64,000 bases of DNA from an uncultured virus (IMG/VR IMGVR_UViG_3300025635_000020). Its lineage: Duplodnaviria; Heunggongvirae; Uroviricota; Caudoviricetes. Made by a program: the position numbers and the translations under genes. Below are positions 1 through 9,752 of this stretch, one piece after another; position 1 is the first letter of the stretch, and each line of letters starts with the position of its first letter. The stretch lies in IMG/VR virus record IMGVR_UViG_3300025635_000020; one strand, written 5' to 3'. A model generated the notes under the pieces. That model had not been told where the DNA came from. It saw only the letters and a program-made list of their open reading frames with translations, and did no database searches.

Positions 1-55
1 CACTGGCACAGAATATAAAAGTTTTTTTAATTGCGATTTTTTGGATTTGATCCAT
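1..55 (-). CDS. 5' fragment of a hypothetical early protein (MDQIQKIAIKKTFIFCAS...), runs off the window
   Basis: ATG at 55 preceded by an AAAAAGGA Shine-Dalgarno (61-68) and a sigma70-type promoter; frame open to the window edge. Confidence 0.6.
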   Translation of the reverse strand, partial: MDQIQKIAIKKTFIFCAS

Positions 56-83
56 ATGAGTCCTTTTTGTTTACTATACCCAT

Positions 84-112
84 ATTATAGCACAATGCGA
101 TTTAATGGTCAA
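84..112 (-). promoter_or_regulatory. sigma70-type early promoter TTGACC-N17-TATAAT
   Basis: -35 at 107-112, -10 at 84-89, 17-nt spacer; similar copies at 386-414 and 43676-43704. Confidence 0.8.
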
Positions 113-118
113 CCGGGG

Positions 119-355
119 TTAAACTGTAACAGAACGCCAGGGATCACGGTGATCTGCGGCTAAAAATCGCAGAAAATCCTGTTGTAATTCTGCAACATCT
201 TCGTTTGAAACATAGAAATCTGTGGTCGGATCCCAGTATTGCCCTGCTTTTGGGTCATAATACAGTACACGACCCGAGGGGTAGAAAAATGGACCTTCCA
301 GTCCCCGGCGAGGTTGCCATTTGGCATCACGCTCACCCAGTACCCTGTAGCCCAT
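119..355 (-). CDS. small hypothetical early protein with aromatic YYDP/YWDP repeats
   Basis: 78-aa ORF with AGGAG RBS directly downstream of an early promoter; motif RVLYYDPKAGQYWDPTTDFY. Confidence 0.75.
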   Translation of the reverse strand: MGYRVLGERDAKWQPRRGLEGPFFYPSGRVLYYDPKAGQYWDPTTDFYVSNEDVAELQQDFLRFLAADHRDPWRSVTV

Positions 356-385
356 GGTCAGCTCCTGTTTTGTTACTATACCCGT

Positions 386-414
386 ATTATAGCAAACTGG
401 GATTTATTGGTCAA
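386..414 (-). promoter_or_regulatory. sigma70-type early promoter TTGACC-N17-TATAAT
   Basis: -35 at 409-414, -10 at 386-391; shares spacer features and the downstream GGGTATAGTAA with the promoter at 84-112. Confidence 0.8.
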
Positions 415-500
415 CCAGCAGATAAAACTTGCTAGCGATACTAATAAAGTATTATTTTTAAATTTATCTAGCTTGTAATACAAAAAGTATACATATTTGT

Positions 501-1148
501 ATGGACATTGTAGTAAATCAATATCTAACATGGGAGCGAGCTGAGCAAGCAGAGTCGGCACCTGAACCAATTCCTTGCGGAAAACATTTCCCTGAATGGT
601 GGAAAAATTTGCGAGGAGATTTGCGCGAATACATTCCAGCCAGCGGTGATCACAGAAATCATACCGCACGACTATGTCACGGACTGAGAGGGGTAAGTCA
701 ACTTGGTTATACAATTCCACTAGATTCAGAGCTACATACTGGTATCACCCAAGGATCGTGGAGATATAGTCAATTACTTCAAGAGATGCTACACGGCACA
801 CCGTGGGCAGAAAAAATCAATAATGAGTACGTTTGGGGCCGGCCGATGATACTCGCTTGGCCCTGGCGTGCTAAAATGGCACCAGGTTGGAGGCTGCTAA
901 TGGACGACTATCCTCTAGATTGGAAAACATACTTTCATTGCTTTACAGGTTATGTGGAAGCCAATCACGGTTCAGGATTTTGGGGATGGGGCAAACCCAT
1001 GGATCCTGAGTTTAATTACTACAATGTTGAGACAGTTGTAATAATGAAAAATCAAGTGCAAATTGATCCAGGTGCTGCTGTGTTTTCGATGATTCCGATA
1101 TACGATCCAGATTACATTCCCAAACCCTACACCGCATATCCTTTTTGA
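501..1148 (+). CDS. hypothetical phage protein
   Basis: 215-aa ORF; PEWWK...TARLCHG...GYTIP...PW...PGW pattern resembles conserved hypothetical proteins of large aquatic phages; function not assignable. Confidence 0.65.
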   Translation: MDIVVNQYLTWERAEQAESAPEPIPCGKHFPEWWKNLRGDLREYIPASGDHRNHTARLCHGLRGVSQLGYTIPLDSELHTGITQGSWRYSQLLQEMLHGTPWAEKINNEYVWGRPMILAWPWRAKMAPGWRLLMDDYPLDWKTYFHCFTGYVEANHGSGFWGWGKPMDPEFNYYNVETVVIMKNQVQIDPGAAVFSMIPIYDPDYIPKPYTAYPF

Positions 1149-1582
1149 CCAGTCGGTGGCACAATTACTGTGCCTATAAACTCAACAGTTTGTTTGTTGA
1201 GTATTTGTAAACTACCATTTCCTTGATATTGAGCACCATCCCCTTGGTGTCCAGATATGTCATAAGGTTGCCACCCAGGAACGTTCCAAACAGGCTGGCT
1301 GGTGATTTGAAACTGGCCCCGAGACATAGAATAACCGCACACCAATACATCACTGCCCCGAGCTGTGATTTTTAAATCAACATCATATGCATTGGTGTTT
1401 GCAACCGGAGTTGTGATGATATCTAGTGATATTTTATGTGCGCCTATGGAAGAAGAACTTGGCACCCAGTTAATAGTTGGGGTCAGTTCAAATTCATAAC
1501 TGATTTGATCTACACTGACACAAACCACAGCATTGGCGCCTGACCGCACATGACAATCCAAATCAAGTGTTAATTTATACAT
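1127..1582 (-). CDS. hypothetical protein, beta-rich
   Basis: 151-aa ORF overlapping the end of the upstream gene. Confidence 0.6.
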   Translation of the reverse strand: MYKLTLDLDCHVRSGANAVVCVSVDQISYEFELTPTINWVPSSSSIGAHKISLDIITTPVANTNAYDVDLKITARGSDVLVCGYSMSRGQFQITSQPVWNVPGWQPYDISGHQGDGAQYQGNGSLQILNKQTVEFIGTVIVPPTGQKGYAV

Positions 1583-2669
1583 TAGGCCCCTGTTTCAACA
1601 ACACCGCCAAACGTTGTTTGTTATGTCTGCAGATTTGCCTGCTGTTTTTGTATAATTCAAGTTGTTGACTCGAGGGCCAGCTGGCAACATCTTTTACAAT
1701 TGCCATGATCTGTTTGTATCTATCTGGCCCTTCAAATTTATCGTACCCTTCATCCCATAAATTACCAAAAGTTTTGAACCCTAGCTGTTGCATGTGTTGT
1801 AAAAAGTTTTTGGGTGCATAAACAATCAGTGGTTTTTCTGCCATGATAGTTCTTATGGTCTTTTCACTAGGGGTAAATGTCAATCCTCTGGTCATTGTTT
1901 CAAATGTGATTTCAAAGAGATATTTTCCACTTAGGTTTATTAAATTTTCAGTGAGACTGACATTGCGATTGTCACCACTAGCATCATCTACGTATTGGTC
2001 AGTAATTTTGCAACCATCTACTGAGTCAATGGGCATGTTATCACAGAAACTTTGAAAATGTTTATATGTAAGCATTTTCTCAATGGGGTTTGATATTGGT
2101 ATCCAATCATCTAGCTGATCAAAAAACATATGAGCTTGGTTAAAAGGTTGAACCACCGGAGGTACTAGCTCAATCATTTTACTGAGCAAACACTTTTCTC
2201 TCAATGCAGGATCGCGCCAAATATCATACAACGCTAACAATCTTGGAGTAGTTCTTCTTCCCACAAACAATGCCCAAGGCTGCCAGACTAGATCTAGATT
2301 TATAGAACCATCTGTTTGATATGTTTGACTCCTGACAAATTCATCGCTGACTCTGTACTGCCGCCAAAACAAATTAGTCCAAGGTGCATCATCTGCAATA
2401 GCATTGGGACTGTAAATAAAAACAGAATCTGCTGACCTTCCCGTTTCCTGCATGATCTTTTTAACTGTTGATACCACCTGTGACTGGGTGAGGCTCAGAC
2501 CTTCAAATTGCACATGAATTACCACATTGTGTGTTGGTGGTGCAGCTCGAAATGCTGCGCAAAATTCTTGTTGCCTAAGCCAATAATCTCCGTTGGCACT
2601 TAGATACACTACAGTAACATTGGGCTGGCCTATCAACTGTGACATCTGTGCGGTGTTGAAATCTGTCAT
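1575..2669 (-). CDS. putative GT-B glycosyltransferase-like protein
   Basis: C-terminal FEITFET...PSEKT...KPLIVY...LGFKTF...WDEGYD resembles the E-x(n)-(S/T)EK donor-binding region of GT10-like enzymes. Confidence 0.5.
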   Translation of the reverse strand: MTDFNTAQMSQLIGQPNVTVVYLSANGDYWLRQQEFCAAFRAAPPTHNVVIHVQFEGLSLTQSQVVSTVKKIMQETGRSADSVFIYSPNAIADDAPWTNLFWRQYRVSDEFVRSQTYQTDGSINLDLVWQPWALFVGRRTTPRLLALYDIWRDPALREKCLLSKMIELVPPVVQPFNQAHMFFDQLDDWIPISNPIEKMLTYKHFQSFCDNMPIDSVDGCKITDQYVDDASGDNRNVSLTENLINLSGKYLFEITFETMTRGLTFTPSEKTIRTIMAEKPLIVYAPKNFLQHMQQLGFKTFGNLWDEGYDKFEGPDRYKQIMAIVKDVASWPSSQQLELYKNSRQICRHNKQRLAVLLKQGPNV

Positions 2670-3511
2670 CGTTGTATCACGTGAATTCGATGGTCAATAG
2701 CAGAGTCATGGTGCCGGGCCGAGGGGCATTGTTCACAAATCGCATGAGCATGTCTAAAGTTTTCCACAAACCGATCAATTGCACTGGCGTGAGAGTCAAG
2801 TCCAATACTGCCATTGGTCTCATTATCAAAATATTTTTTCCAAACCGTCAAGTTGGTGTTGCCATGTGTTTGCCAGGCCGACTGTGTCAACGCCGATGTT
2901 GAACATTTGTAGATTCTACCTTGCCACAACATAGGACATGTTTGTTGATGACAATTTGCGTAGGCCTCTTCGGGGTCAGACAACCAAGGTTGCATGTTGG
3001 TGTATGTGCCCTGAAAAGTTTGAGTAAACTTTGTAGGTGTGTTTATTTGCAATCTTAAACCGGTATCTGTAATCCATCGATTAATGCCATACTCACGTAT
3101 GGGTTCCCAGTGATATGCGTCACGCAATCTATCTATAGTGGCAAGTACCACGCCATCAGTATGGTTGGTTATTTTAAGAACAGCATTGCCATCCTGATAC
3201 AACCACTCTACAATATTCCAGTATTTTTCAAGTAATAGCGCATTGGTTGGAAAACGTATGCGACTGTGGGGCAACAATTCGCGCACACCCTCAAGCCATG
3301 CGAGCACACGTGGATTTATCAAGGGCTCACCTCCCATGAATCCAATGTCTTCAATTGAGATTTTTTCCAACCACTGTTGCAACCACTGCTGAGTTGTAGG
3401 CCAGTCTGAGTAACCTTGATGCCGATAATCACTATATGTGCTGCATCCTGCGCAACTTAGATTGCACACCTGTGTAAGCATTATTTCTAAAAAAGGCAAT
3501 ACTGGTTTCAT
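2666..3511 (-). CDS. radical SAM protein with C-terminal SPASM/twitch-like Cys cluster
   Basis: CNLSCAGC (CX3CX2C), GGEP, C-terminal C..CP...YKC...CEQC. Confidence 0.85.
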   Translation of the reverse strand: MKPVLPFLEIMLTQVCNLSCAGCSTYSDYRHQGYSDWPTTQQWLQQWLEKISIEDIGFMGGEPLINPRVLAWLEGVRELLPHSRIRFPTNALLLEKYWNIVEWLYQDGNAVLKITNHTDGVVLATIDRLRDAYHWEPIREYGINRWITDTGLRLQINTPTKFTQTFQGTYTNMQPWLSDPEEAYANCHQQTCPMLWQGRIYKCSTSALTQSAWQTHGNTNLTVWKKYFDNETNGSIGLDSHASAIDRFVENFRHAHAICEQCPSARHHDSAIDHRIHVIQR

Positions 3512-4245
3512 TGCCAGTGTTCCCGGATAGCAGGATCCGTAGTTTGGTGTGGTTTAGGCCGGCCATGGAATACCACAACTGCTGTGTCTGGCGCTATCAC
3601 AGTGCCAGAGTTGGGGCGGTGATGAGTGCGGCGTTTGAAATTGTAGCCGCCATCTAAACATTGCCAACGATAGCTTTGAAATTTGTTGTCGTCAAAGAAT
3701 CTGCGTTGGTTGTGATCTATTGTGTGATTTAAAAAGTCTTGATCTCCAGGAAAACCTTGAATCATTTGCGACACAGGACCTGAATTGAATTTGTCCCATA
3801 CCCAGCTGAACCGTTCTACATCAAACCACATCACGCTGGAATTTATAGTATTCATACGAGGGTTTTGTAGATATCTAAAATCTCTAATGGTCCAAAAATA
3901 GTCTGTGGACAGTGCAGTGATCCATTCCAAGTTGCGAACCACCACCACATCAAGATCCAGATACAGCAAACGTCCTGAAAAATGTGCAGGATTAAACAAC
4001 TGCATCTTGTACCACCAGGACTTTTTTGGACCACCTATGCCCCAGTCATCCAAGATGTGTTTGATCATGTGTGGTGGTACTGACCTATCATGTTCGGTAT
4101 ACACATGAAAACGTATTCCCATGGGGATAGTACGATTTAACATGTTGTATAGTTTTTCAACATATTCCCAATTGTATCCATTGCCGTGTATTACACAAGC
4201 ACAATCTACTATGTTGTCAGTGCGGAGTTTATTCTTTTTAGCCAT
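3508..4245 (-). CDS. GT-A fold glycosyltransferase (GT8-like)
   Basis: LYLDLDVV (DxD), NSSVM, GDQD and FHGRPKP motifs; start moved to MAKKNK (4245) to reduce overlap. Confidence 0.75.
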   Translation of the reverse strand: MAKKNKLRTDNIVDCACVIHGNGYNWEYVEKLYNMLNRTIPMGIRFHVYTEHDRSVPPHMIKHILDDWGIGGPKKSWWYKMQLFNPAHFSGRLLYLDLDVVVVRNLEWITALSTDYFWTIRDFRYLQNPRMNTINSSVMWFDVERFSWVWDKFNSGPVSQMIQGFPGDQDFLNHTIDHNQRRFFDDNKFQSYRWQCLDGGYNFKRRTHHRPNSGTVIAPDTAVVVFHGRPKPHQTTDPAIREHWQ

Positions 4246-5060
4246 GTTCCTGTTCTTAATTCTTCCACGGTGTATTCTGTGTGACAAATTTGTGTGAGCC
4301 ACAATTCTCTATCTTTATCGTAGGGTTGTTCTATGTCTGCATAACCCACACCCACTGGATGTGCAAGGCTTGAAAAATCAACAATTGGACGTACTCCTGC
4401 AATTGCAGCCTGTATTCCTGGGCCAGAATTATAATTGACCACAGCATGACAGTCATAGTGCATGTCAAAACTGTCGTAGGTGTTGGCCAACGGACGTGGT
4501 TGTTCAATTTTTATATCCGGGGACAGTGCAGGCATAATTGTTCTACATCGCGGATGCGGCCTTACAACAATAGGCCGATCAGTGTTGTTTCGAAGTATAC
4601 TTATGGTTTGTTTTAACCAATTGCCCATGTCTGGTATTTTTTCAACTTGTTGGCTGCGAGTATGTTGCAGAGCAATTATTATTTCTGGCTTGGTAATTTG
4701 CTGATTGGCCAGGCTAATTTTTAATTTTTTTGGTCTATCCCAGTCTAAATTGTCTAAGTGCCCATAGTATCCCTCAGCGTTGACATTGTTTACAGCAACT
4801 TTCCACGTGTTGCCTCTATACAAAACACCAATTTCAATCACAATCACTGGTTTACCTTGACTGCGGTAATGATTATATACCTGTTGATTTGGCTTCATAC
4901 GCCCGTGCCATAACACTGACCAAATTACCGCAGCGTCGGCAGTCATGGAGTTTTCTTGAGTTTGGATTCCTGCTGCCTGTAAACAATCTAGCACGGCGTT
5001 CATAACAGGACGTGAATTCAAGGCACACTGAGAAGGAAAATAGGCTATGTTTTTGATCAC
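4209..5060 (-). CDS. KpsC/KpsS-like capsule-polysaccharide GT-B protein
   Basis: VVRPHP motif followed by VVNYNSGPGIQAAIAG; start uncertain (GTG at 5060 chosen). Confidence 0.6.
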   Translation of the reverse strand: MIKNIAYFPSQCALNSRPVMNAVLDCLQAAGIQTQENSMTADAAVIWSVLWHGRMKPNQQVYNHYRSQGKPVIVIEIGVLYRGNTWKVAVNNVNAEGYYGHLDNLDWDRPKKLKISLANQQITKPEIIIALQHTRSQQVEKIPDMGNWLKQTISILRNNTDRPIVVRPHPRCRTIMPALSPDIKIEQPRPLANTYDSFDMHYDCHAVVNYNSGPGIQAAIAGVRPIVDFSSLAHPVGVGYADIEQPYDKDRELWLTQICHTEYTVEELRTGTWLKRINSALTT

Positions 5061-5062
5061 TG

Positions 5063-5068
5063 TAAATA
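5063..5068 (+). promoter_or_regulatory. T4-type late promoter TAAATA
   Basis: TAAATA 5 nt before ATG 5074 at the head of a 4-gene plus-strand unit. Confidence 0.6.
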
Positions 5069-5073
5069 CGTCT

Positions 5074-5874
5074 ATGAAATACACAGTAGTTAGCACTTTT
5101 AATGCCGACGGATACGAGAAATACGGTCAACGCATGATCGAGACTTTTTTGAAAAATTGGCCAGCTGATGTTTCTCTTGTGATCTACCCCGAAGGATGCA
5201 CTATAACTGAAACGGCACCTAATCTTGTGGTGCGTGATATTTCCGTTGTAGACGCACTGACTGTTTTTAAAGATGCCTGGCGAGATGTGCCCAAGGCCAA
5301 TGGCGATGTCAGCACCGATCCTGTGCGTTCACGTCGCCGCGATGCTGGCAAAGGATTCAAATGGGACGCTGTGCGTTTTGCCCACAAAGTTTACTCGATA
5401 TTTCACTGTGCAAAAAATACCAAAACTGATTGGCTAATTTGGATGGATGCTGACACAGTGTGCCATAGTCCTATAACCACAGATGATCTTGGTCGATTGT
5501 GTCCCAGTCATCATGGTCTGTGTTTTTTGGGGCGGCAGGGCAAGTACAGCGAGTGCGGGTTGTATGCCATGAATTTACACCATCCTGCAATGGAACGTTT
5601 TCTCTGGGATTTTCAACGCATGTACGATGATGCAGAAGGTGGTATATTTAAACTGGCAGAGTGGCATGACAGTTTTGTGTTTGATGCTGTTAGAAAAAAT
5701 CATATTTTAAACGAATTAGATTGGAGTAGTCATATCATTGCCGGCGAAGGACACCCGTTGATCAACTCAGAATGGGGTGCATATCTAGATCATCTCAAAG
5801 GTGCTAGAAAAAATCAAGGACGTAGTCGGGCCAGCGATTTAAAAGTAAAACGAACTGAAGCATACTGGCAATGA
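5074..5874 (+). CDS. GT-A fold nucleotide-sugar transferase
   Basis: KWDAVRFAHKV...LIWMDADT (DxD)...EWHDS...HLKG; start MKYTVV. Confidence 0.7.
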   Translation: MKYTVVSTFNADGYEKYGQRMIETFLKNWPADVSLVIYPEGCTITETAPNLVVRDISVVDALTVFKDAWRDVPKANGDVSTDPVRSRRRDAGKGFKWDAVRFAHKVYSIFHCAKNTKTDWLIWMDADTVCHSPITTDDLGRLCPSHHGLCFLGRQGKYSECGLYAMNLHHPAMERFLWDFQRMYDDAEGGIFKLAEWHDSFVFDAVRKNHILNELDWSSHIIAGEGHPLINSEWGAYLDHLKGARKNQGRSRASDLKVKRTEAYWQ

Positions 5875-6671
5875 ACTGGATCTTCTTAAACAAAAACAAC
5901 AGCGACGAATACATTGAAATGTTTGCTCGTGGATCGGGCACAGAGCCAACATGTTTAGAAACATGGCGGTATGAGGATAGTTCTGCGCCATTGGTTATCC
6001 GCGGTATTATGAAACACAAAATTATCAAACGTTGTTGGGAAGATCGCCGTGATTTTTACTACATGGATTCTGGCTACATGGGCAATCGTATTGGCGTCAA
6101 CAATCCACATGGTTGGAAATTTTGGCATAGAGTTGTGCCCAACAATTTACAACATGGTTCAGTGATACCCCGGCCAGCCGATCGTTGGCAACGACTGTGT
6201 ATAACTATGAAACCACGGCAGCAAGGCAGTAAAATACTTGTGGCAGCTCCTGATGCCAAGCCATGCGTGTTTTACAACATAGATTTAGATTCATGGATTG
6301 AATCCACTGTGGCTGCTATAAAACAGTACACTGATCGTCCCGTAGAAATACGTCAACGAAATCCAAATCGCCAAACCAGAATTAGCAACAATTTAGAATC
6401 AGCTTTGGTCAATGTTCATGCGGTTGTCACTTATAATTCTATTGCTGCCACAGAAAGTGTAATGGCTGGCGTGCCTGCGTTTGCTTTGGCGCCATGCAAC
6501 GCTGCCATACCCGTGTCAAACACAGATCTATCCTGCATTGACAATCCTTGGTGGCCAACAGATGACGAGCGACATGCCTGGGCCTGTCATTTGGCCTATG
6601 GCCAATTCCACGTCAACGAATTAAAAAACGGTACCGCCCAAAGAATACTACAGGAGACACAACATGTATGA
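5871..6671 (+). CDS. KpsC/KpsS-like GT-B protein
   Basis: YYMDSGY, VVTYNSIAATESVMAG, HLAYGQF; paralogue of 8763-9752; ATGA coupling. Confidence 0.6.
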   Translation: MNWIFLNKNNSDEYIEMFARGSGTEPTCLETWRYEDSSAPLVIRGIMKHKIIKRCWEDRRDFYYMDSGYMGNRIGVNNPHGWKFWHRVVPNNLQHGSVIPRPADRWQRLCITMKPRQQGSKILVAAPDAKPCVFYNIDLDSWIESTVAAIKQYTDRPVEIRQRNPNRQTRISNNLESALVNVHAVVTYNSIAATESVMAGVPAFALAPCNAAIPVSNTDLSCIDNPWWPTDDERHAWACHLAYGQFHVNELKNGTAQRILQETQHV

Positions 6672-7311
6672 AAGTCACGGCTGGTGGTTCCCGGACACCG
6701 AAACGCATTTTCCAGAAATGCTTAACAAAAGCATAAGCAAAGGTGGACCAACAGAATACCAATATCAAGTTAGAAATCGAAGCTTTGGTTATGTTAAACA
6801 AAATCGTGTGGCGCTAGACATTGGCGCTAACGTAGGTCTTTGGAGCAGAGATTTAGTAAAACGTTTTGATACTGTGATTGCGTTTGAACCTGTGGCAATG
6901 TTTAGAGAATGTTTGACTAGAAATGTGTTTGCTAAAAATTTACAAATTCGTGATATTGCGTTGGGTGATCAAGAAGGCATGATCAACATGATTATCACCG
7001 AAGGCAACACTGGACATACCCATGTTGATCCCAACAGTAAGAACGGTGACACAGAGATCAAGCGCCTTGATAGTTTGAATCTAGTCAATGTTGACTACAT
7101 CAAGATTGATTGCGAAGGGTTTGAATATCGTGTGTTACAAGGCGCAGAACAAACTGTGAGACGTTGCCGTCCTGTTGTAGTCATTGAACAAAAACCGCAT
7201 GACGCATATAGCCGAGACTATGGGCAATTTGCCGCCATTGGCTTGTTGGAAGATTGGGGCATGGTCCGACTGGATCAAGTCAAAGATGATTGGATCATGG
7301 GATGGCGTTGA
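6664..7311 (+). CDS. FkbM-family SAM-dependent methyltransferase
   Basis: LDIGANVG, AFEP, IKIDCEGFE motifs. Confidence 0.9.
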   Translation: MYESHGWWFPDTETHFPEMLNKSISKGGPTEYQYQVRNRSFGYVKQNRVALDIGANVGLWSRDLVKRFDTVIAFEPVAMFRECLTRNVFAKNLQIRDIALGDQEGMINMIITEGNTGHTHVDPNSKNGDTEIKRLDSLNLVNVDYIKIDCEGFEYRVLQGAEQTVRRCRPVVVIEQKPHDAYSRDYGQFAAIGLLEDWGMVRLDQVKDDWIMGWR

Positions 7312-7859
7312 TAGATCAACAATATCAAAAGCAATTGGAACACTTGCATAACGCCGGTAAATTCAACAACGGAGCCAAGGCATACAAGATTGTTGAACGA
7401 TTTATCAAGGAATACCAACCTCAATCTTTGTTAGACTTTGGCTGTGGCCACGGAGGACTGATAAGTGTAATAGCTGGATTACATCCTGAAATTGCAGTTA
7501 CAGGATATGATCCTGGCAATCCAAATTTTCAAATCTTGCCTAAGAATCCTGTTGATGTTGTTGTTAGCACAGATGCTATTGAACACATTGAACCAGAACA
7601 CTTAGAAAAAACACTAAAAATTATTGGAAGTTTGATGTTGAGATGCGGTTGTTTTAGAATTGCTTGTTATCCAGCCAAGAAAAAACTACCCGACGGTCGC
7701 AACGCACATTTGATTGTAGAGAGTCCAGATTGGTGGAAGCAACAAATACTCAAAAACATGGAAGTGCGTATTGTCTCTGAAGAAATTACTGTTGTCGACA
7801 AAACTCATAATTGGCCTTGGGTCAAGGGACACAACTACGATATTATTGTTCACAAGTAA
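7302..7859 (+). CDS. class I SAM-dependent methyltransferase
   Basis: LLDFGCGHG, GYDP, STDAIEHI, GRNAHL; start uncertain (7290 or 7302). Confidence 0.85.
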   Translation: MALIDQQYQKQLEHLHNAGKFNNGAKAYKIVERFIKEYQPQSLLDFGCGHGGLISVIAGLHPEIAVTGYDPGNPNFQILPKNPVDVVVSTDAIEHIEPEHLEKTLKIIGSLMLRCGCFRIACYPAKKKLPDGRNAHLIVESPDWWKQQILKNMEVRIVSEEITVVDKTHNWPWVKGHNYDIIVHK

Positions 7860-8770
7860 GGTAAAAAATGCTGATAGATTCGTCCACTGGCACCGTCTTC
7901 ATCTGACCAATGAGCTGCGGCCAGGTCATAAATCCATTGTGTTCTATCAAAATTTTGCGGTGTTTTAATATTTGATACGTCATGGTTGGCCACTGCCCAG
8001 GTCACTGCACTGGAATCATCAATGTATACTGGTACGCCTTCTAACACAGCCGCCACACTTGCTGAACTATTAAAAAACACTGCGGCATGGGCGTCTTGTA
8101 AATTGTCTAATAGTGTAGAGTGTTCTGGATGCACTACCCTAACATTTTTATTGCTATAAGATTTTGATTGAAAACAAGCAAAATTTTTCATATCAAATTT
8201 GCCTGGGTGCGGTCTAATTACAATTTCTTTTGATGTCTGCTTTCTAATTTCTGTTATTTTTTGTTGTGCCCAGTCTATTGGATTCAGTGTTTTCATTGCA
8301 AATCCACCGTCGCGTTGAATCCCAAGCAAGATATATCCATCTTTGTTGCGCATTGGTTTCATGCTGATTCCTAAATGCTGCTGTATTTCATTCCATTTTG
8401 TTGAGTTGCTGTTTTTGTTGGCGTATTCTGCTCGATCATAAAATGGTCCTCCCAAACTATAACGCAGATATGTTCCTGTGTTATCTAAGTATTTGAAACA
8501 ACTGGCATCAATGCACATGGTCTTAAGACCATGACGATTTTGTTCTGCTATGATCTGTTTGCGTAATGTAATATTTTTTCCGCCAATATTGGTTGTGGCC
8601 CAGCCTAACATAACCGCAAGCCGACTTGGTGTATATTTGTAAGCATGTTCTACCACAACCGTGGCGCCAACCGATCGAGCACCTTGAGCAAAATTTTCAA
8701 GGCATGCTGTCTTTCTTGGATGCTTGTGTGCGTTTGCCACACTCGAAACATAAACAACTACATCAAGCAT
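7850..8770 (-). CDS. KpsC/KpsS-like GT-B protein
   Basis: VIRPHP and VFFNSSASVAAVLEGVP motifs. Confidence 0.6.
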   Translation of the reverse strand: MLDVVVYVSSVANAHKHPRKTACLENFAQGARSVGATVVVEHAYKYTPSRLAVMLGWATTNIGGKNITLRKQIIAEQNRHGLKTMCIDASCFKYLDNTGTYLRYSLGGPFYDRAEYANKNSNSTKWNEIQQHLGISMKPMRNKDGYILLGIQRDGGFAMKTLNPIDWAQQKITEIRKQTSKEIVIRPHPGKFDMKNFACFQSKSYSNKNVRVVHPEHSTLLDNLQDAHAAVFFNSSASVAAVLEGVPVYIDDSSAVTWAVANHDVSNIKTPQNFDRTQWIYDLAAAHWSDEDGASGRIYQHFLPYL

Positions 8771-9752
8771 TGTTTAAAATCCGCCAGGCGGTGCCGTCAC
8801 GCATTTCAGGTTCAGTAAATTGACAATAGCTCAAGTGCCTTGCCCAGGCTTCCACTTCATCCAAAGTGGGAATTTTAGGATTTTCAATTTCACTCAAAGA
8901 ATGACTGCACAACGGTCCGGCTGCATTGGGGCCTAGTGTAATAGCAGGTTTGCCACATAACAATGCTTCGCCGGCGGCAATACTGGAGAATGTAACCAAA
9001 CAAAACACATCGTTGGCCAAGGCCATTTGCATGGTATCTGTGGTTTGGCGCACACTACGCCCTTGTTTGAGTCGCACCGCAATTTCTCTATCTGTGTATG
9101 CTCCAATACCTGCTTTGGTTTCTTCTAGCCATTGTTCGAGGTTGATGTCGTACAGATTCAATAGCTTTTGACTCGGGGGTGCAAGTAAAATTTTACTGCC
9201 ATCTCTACGAAATTTAGTAAACTGCACGCCTGTGGCAGATAATCTGTCTCCGGGACGATCTACAACGGGCCCGAACCACTGCACATCATTTTTGGTCACG
9301 CGATGAAAAGTTTTCTTTTTTCCGTTACCAAAATAGCCTGTGTCAATGTAGTAGAAATCTCTACCAACAGCTCGACATGCCTTCATTTCTTTGCGTTTGG
9401 TAATACCGCGTAGCACCACTGGTATTGCAGTATTTTCTTCTTTGCTCCAGTTACTGATACGACCACCAGCACCTTGTACAAAACTTTGTAAGATAGGATC
9501 AAACATATGACCTTTTTCCTTGTATTTAAAATCTCCCGGCTCAGTGGCAATGGCCGCTACTGTGTCTTTTTTTAAATCTTGAATAGCTTGTATTAATGTA
9601 TCAACAGTAATATTGTAATATTCGCCGCTGGTGTCAACTCTATATTTTAATATATCGTAAAATAATTTAGATATTTCAGGAGGTACCATATCAAGTACAT
9701 GCCTTGGCAAGGGCGCTAATTCTTCTTCCATTAGTCCATCCGTTGTTGACAA
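8763..9752 (-). CDS. KpsC/KpsS-like GT-B protein
   Basis: YYIDTGY, LVTFSSIAAGEALLCGKP, HLSYCQF; clear paralogue of 5871-6671. Confidence 0.55.
   Translation of the reverse strand: MSTTDGLMEEELAPLPRHVLDMVPPEISKLFYDILKYRVDTSGEYYNITVDTLIQAIQDLKKDTVAAIATEPGDFKYKEKGHMFDPILQSFVQGAGGRISNWSKEENTAIPVVLRGITKRKEMKACRAVGRDFYYIDTGYFGNGKKKTFHRVTKNDVQWFGPVVDRPGDRLSATGVQFTKFRRDGSKILLAPPSQKLLNLYDINLEQWLEETKAGIGAYTDREIAVRLKQGRSVRQTTDTMQMALANDVFCLVTFSSIAAGEALLCGKPAITLGPNAAGPLCSHSLSEIENPKIPTLDEVEAWARHLSYCQFTEPEMRDGTAWRILNNA

Noticed and set aside
376..720. 114-aa minus-strand ORF
   Set aside because: Overlaps the better-supported plus-strand gene 501-1148 and runs through an early promoter
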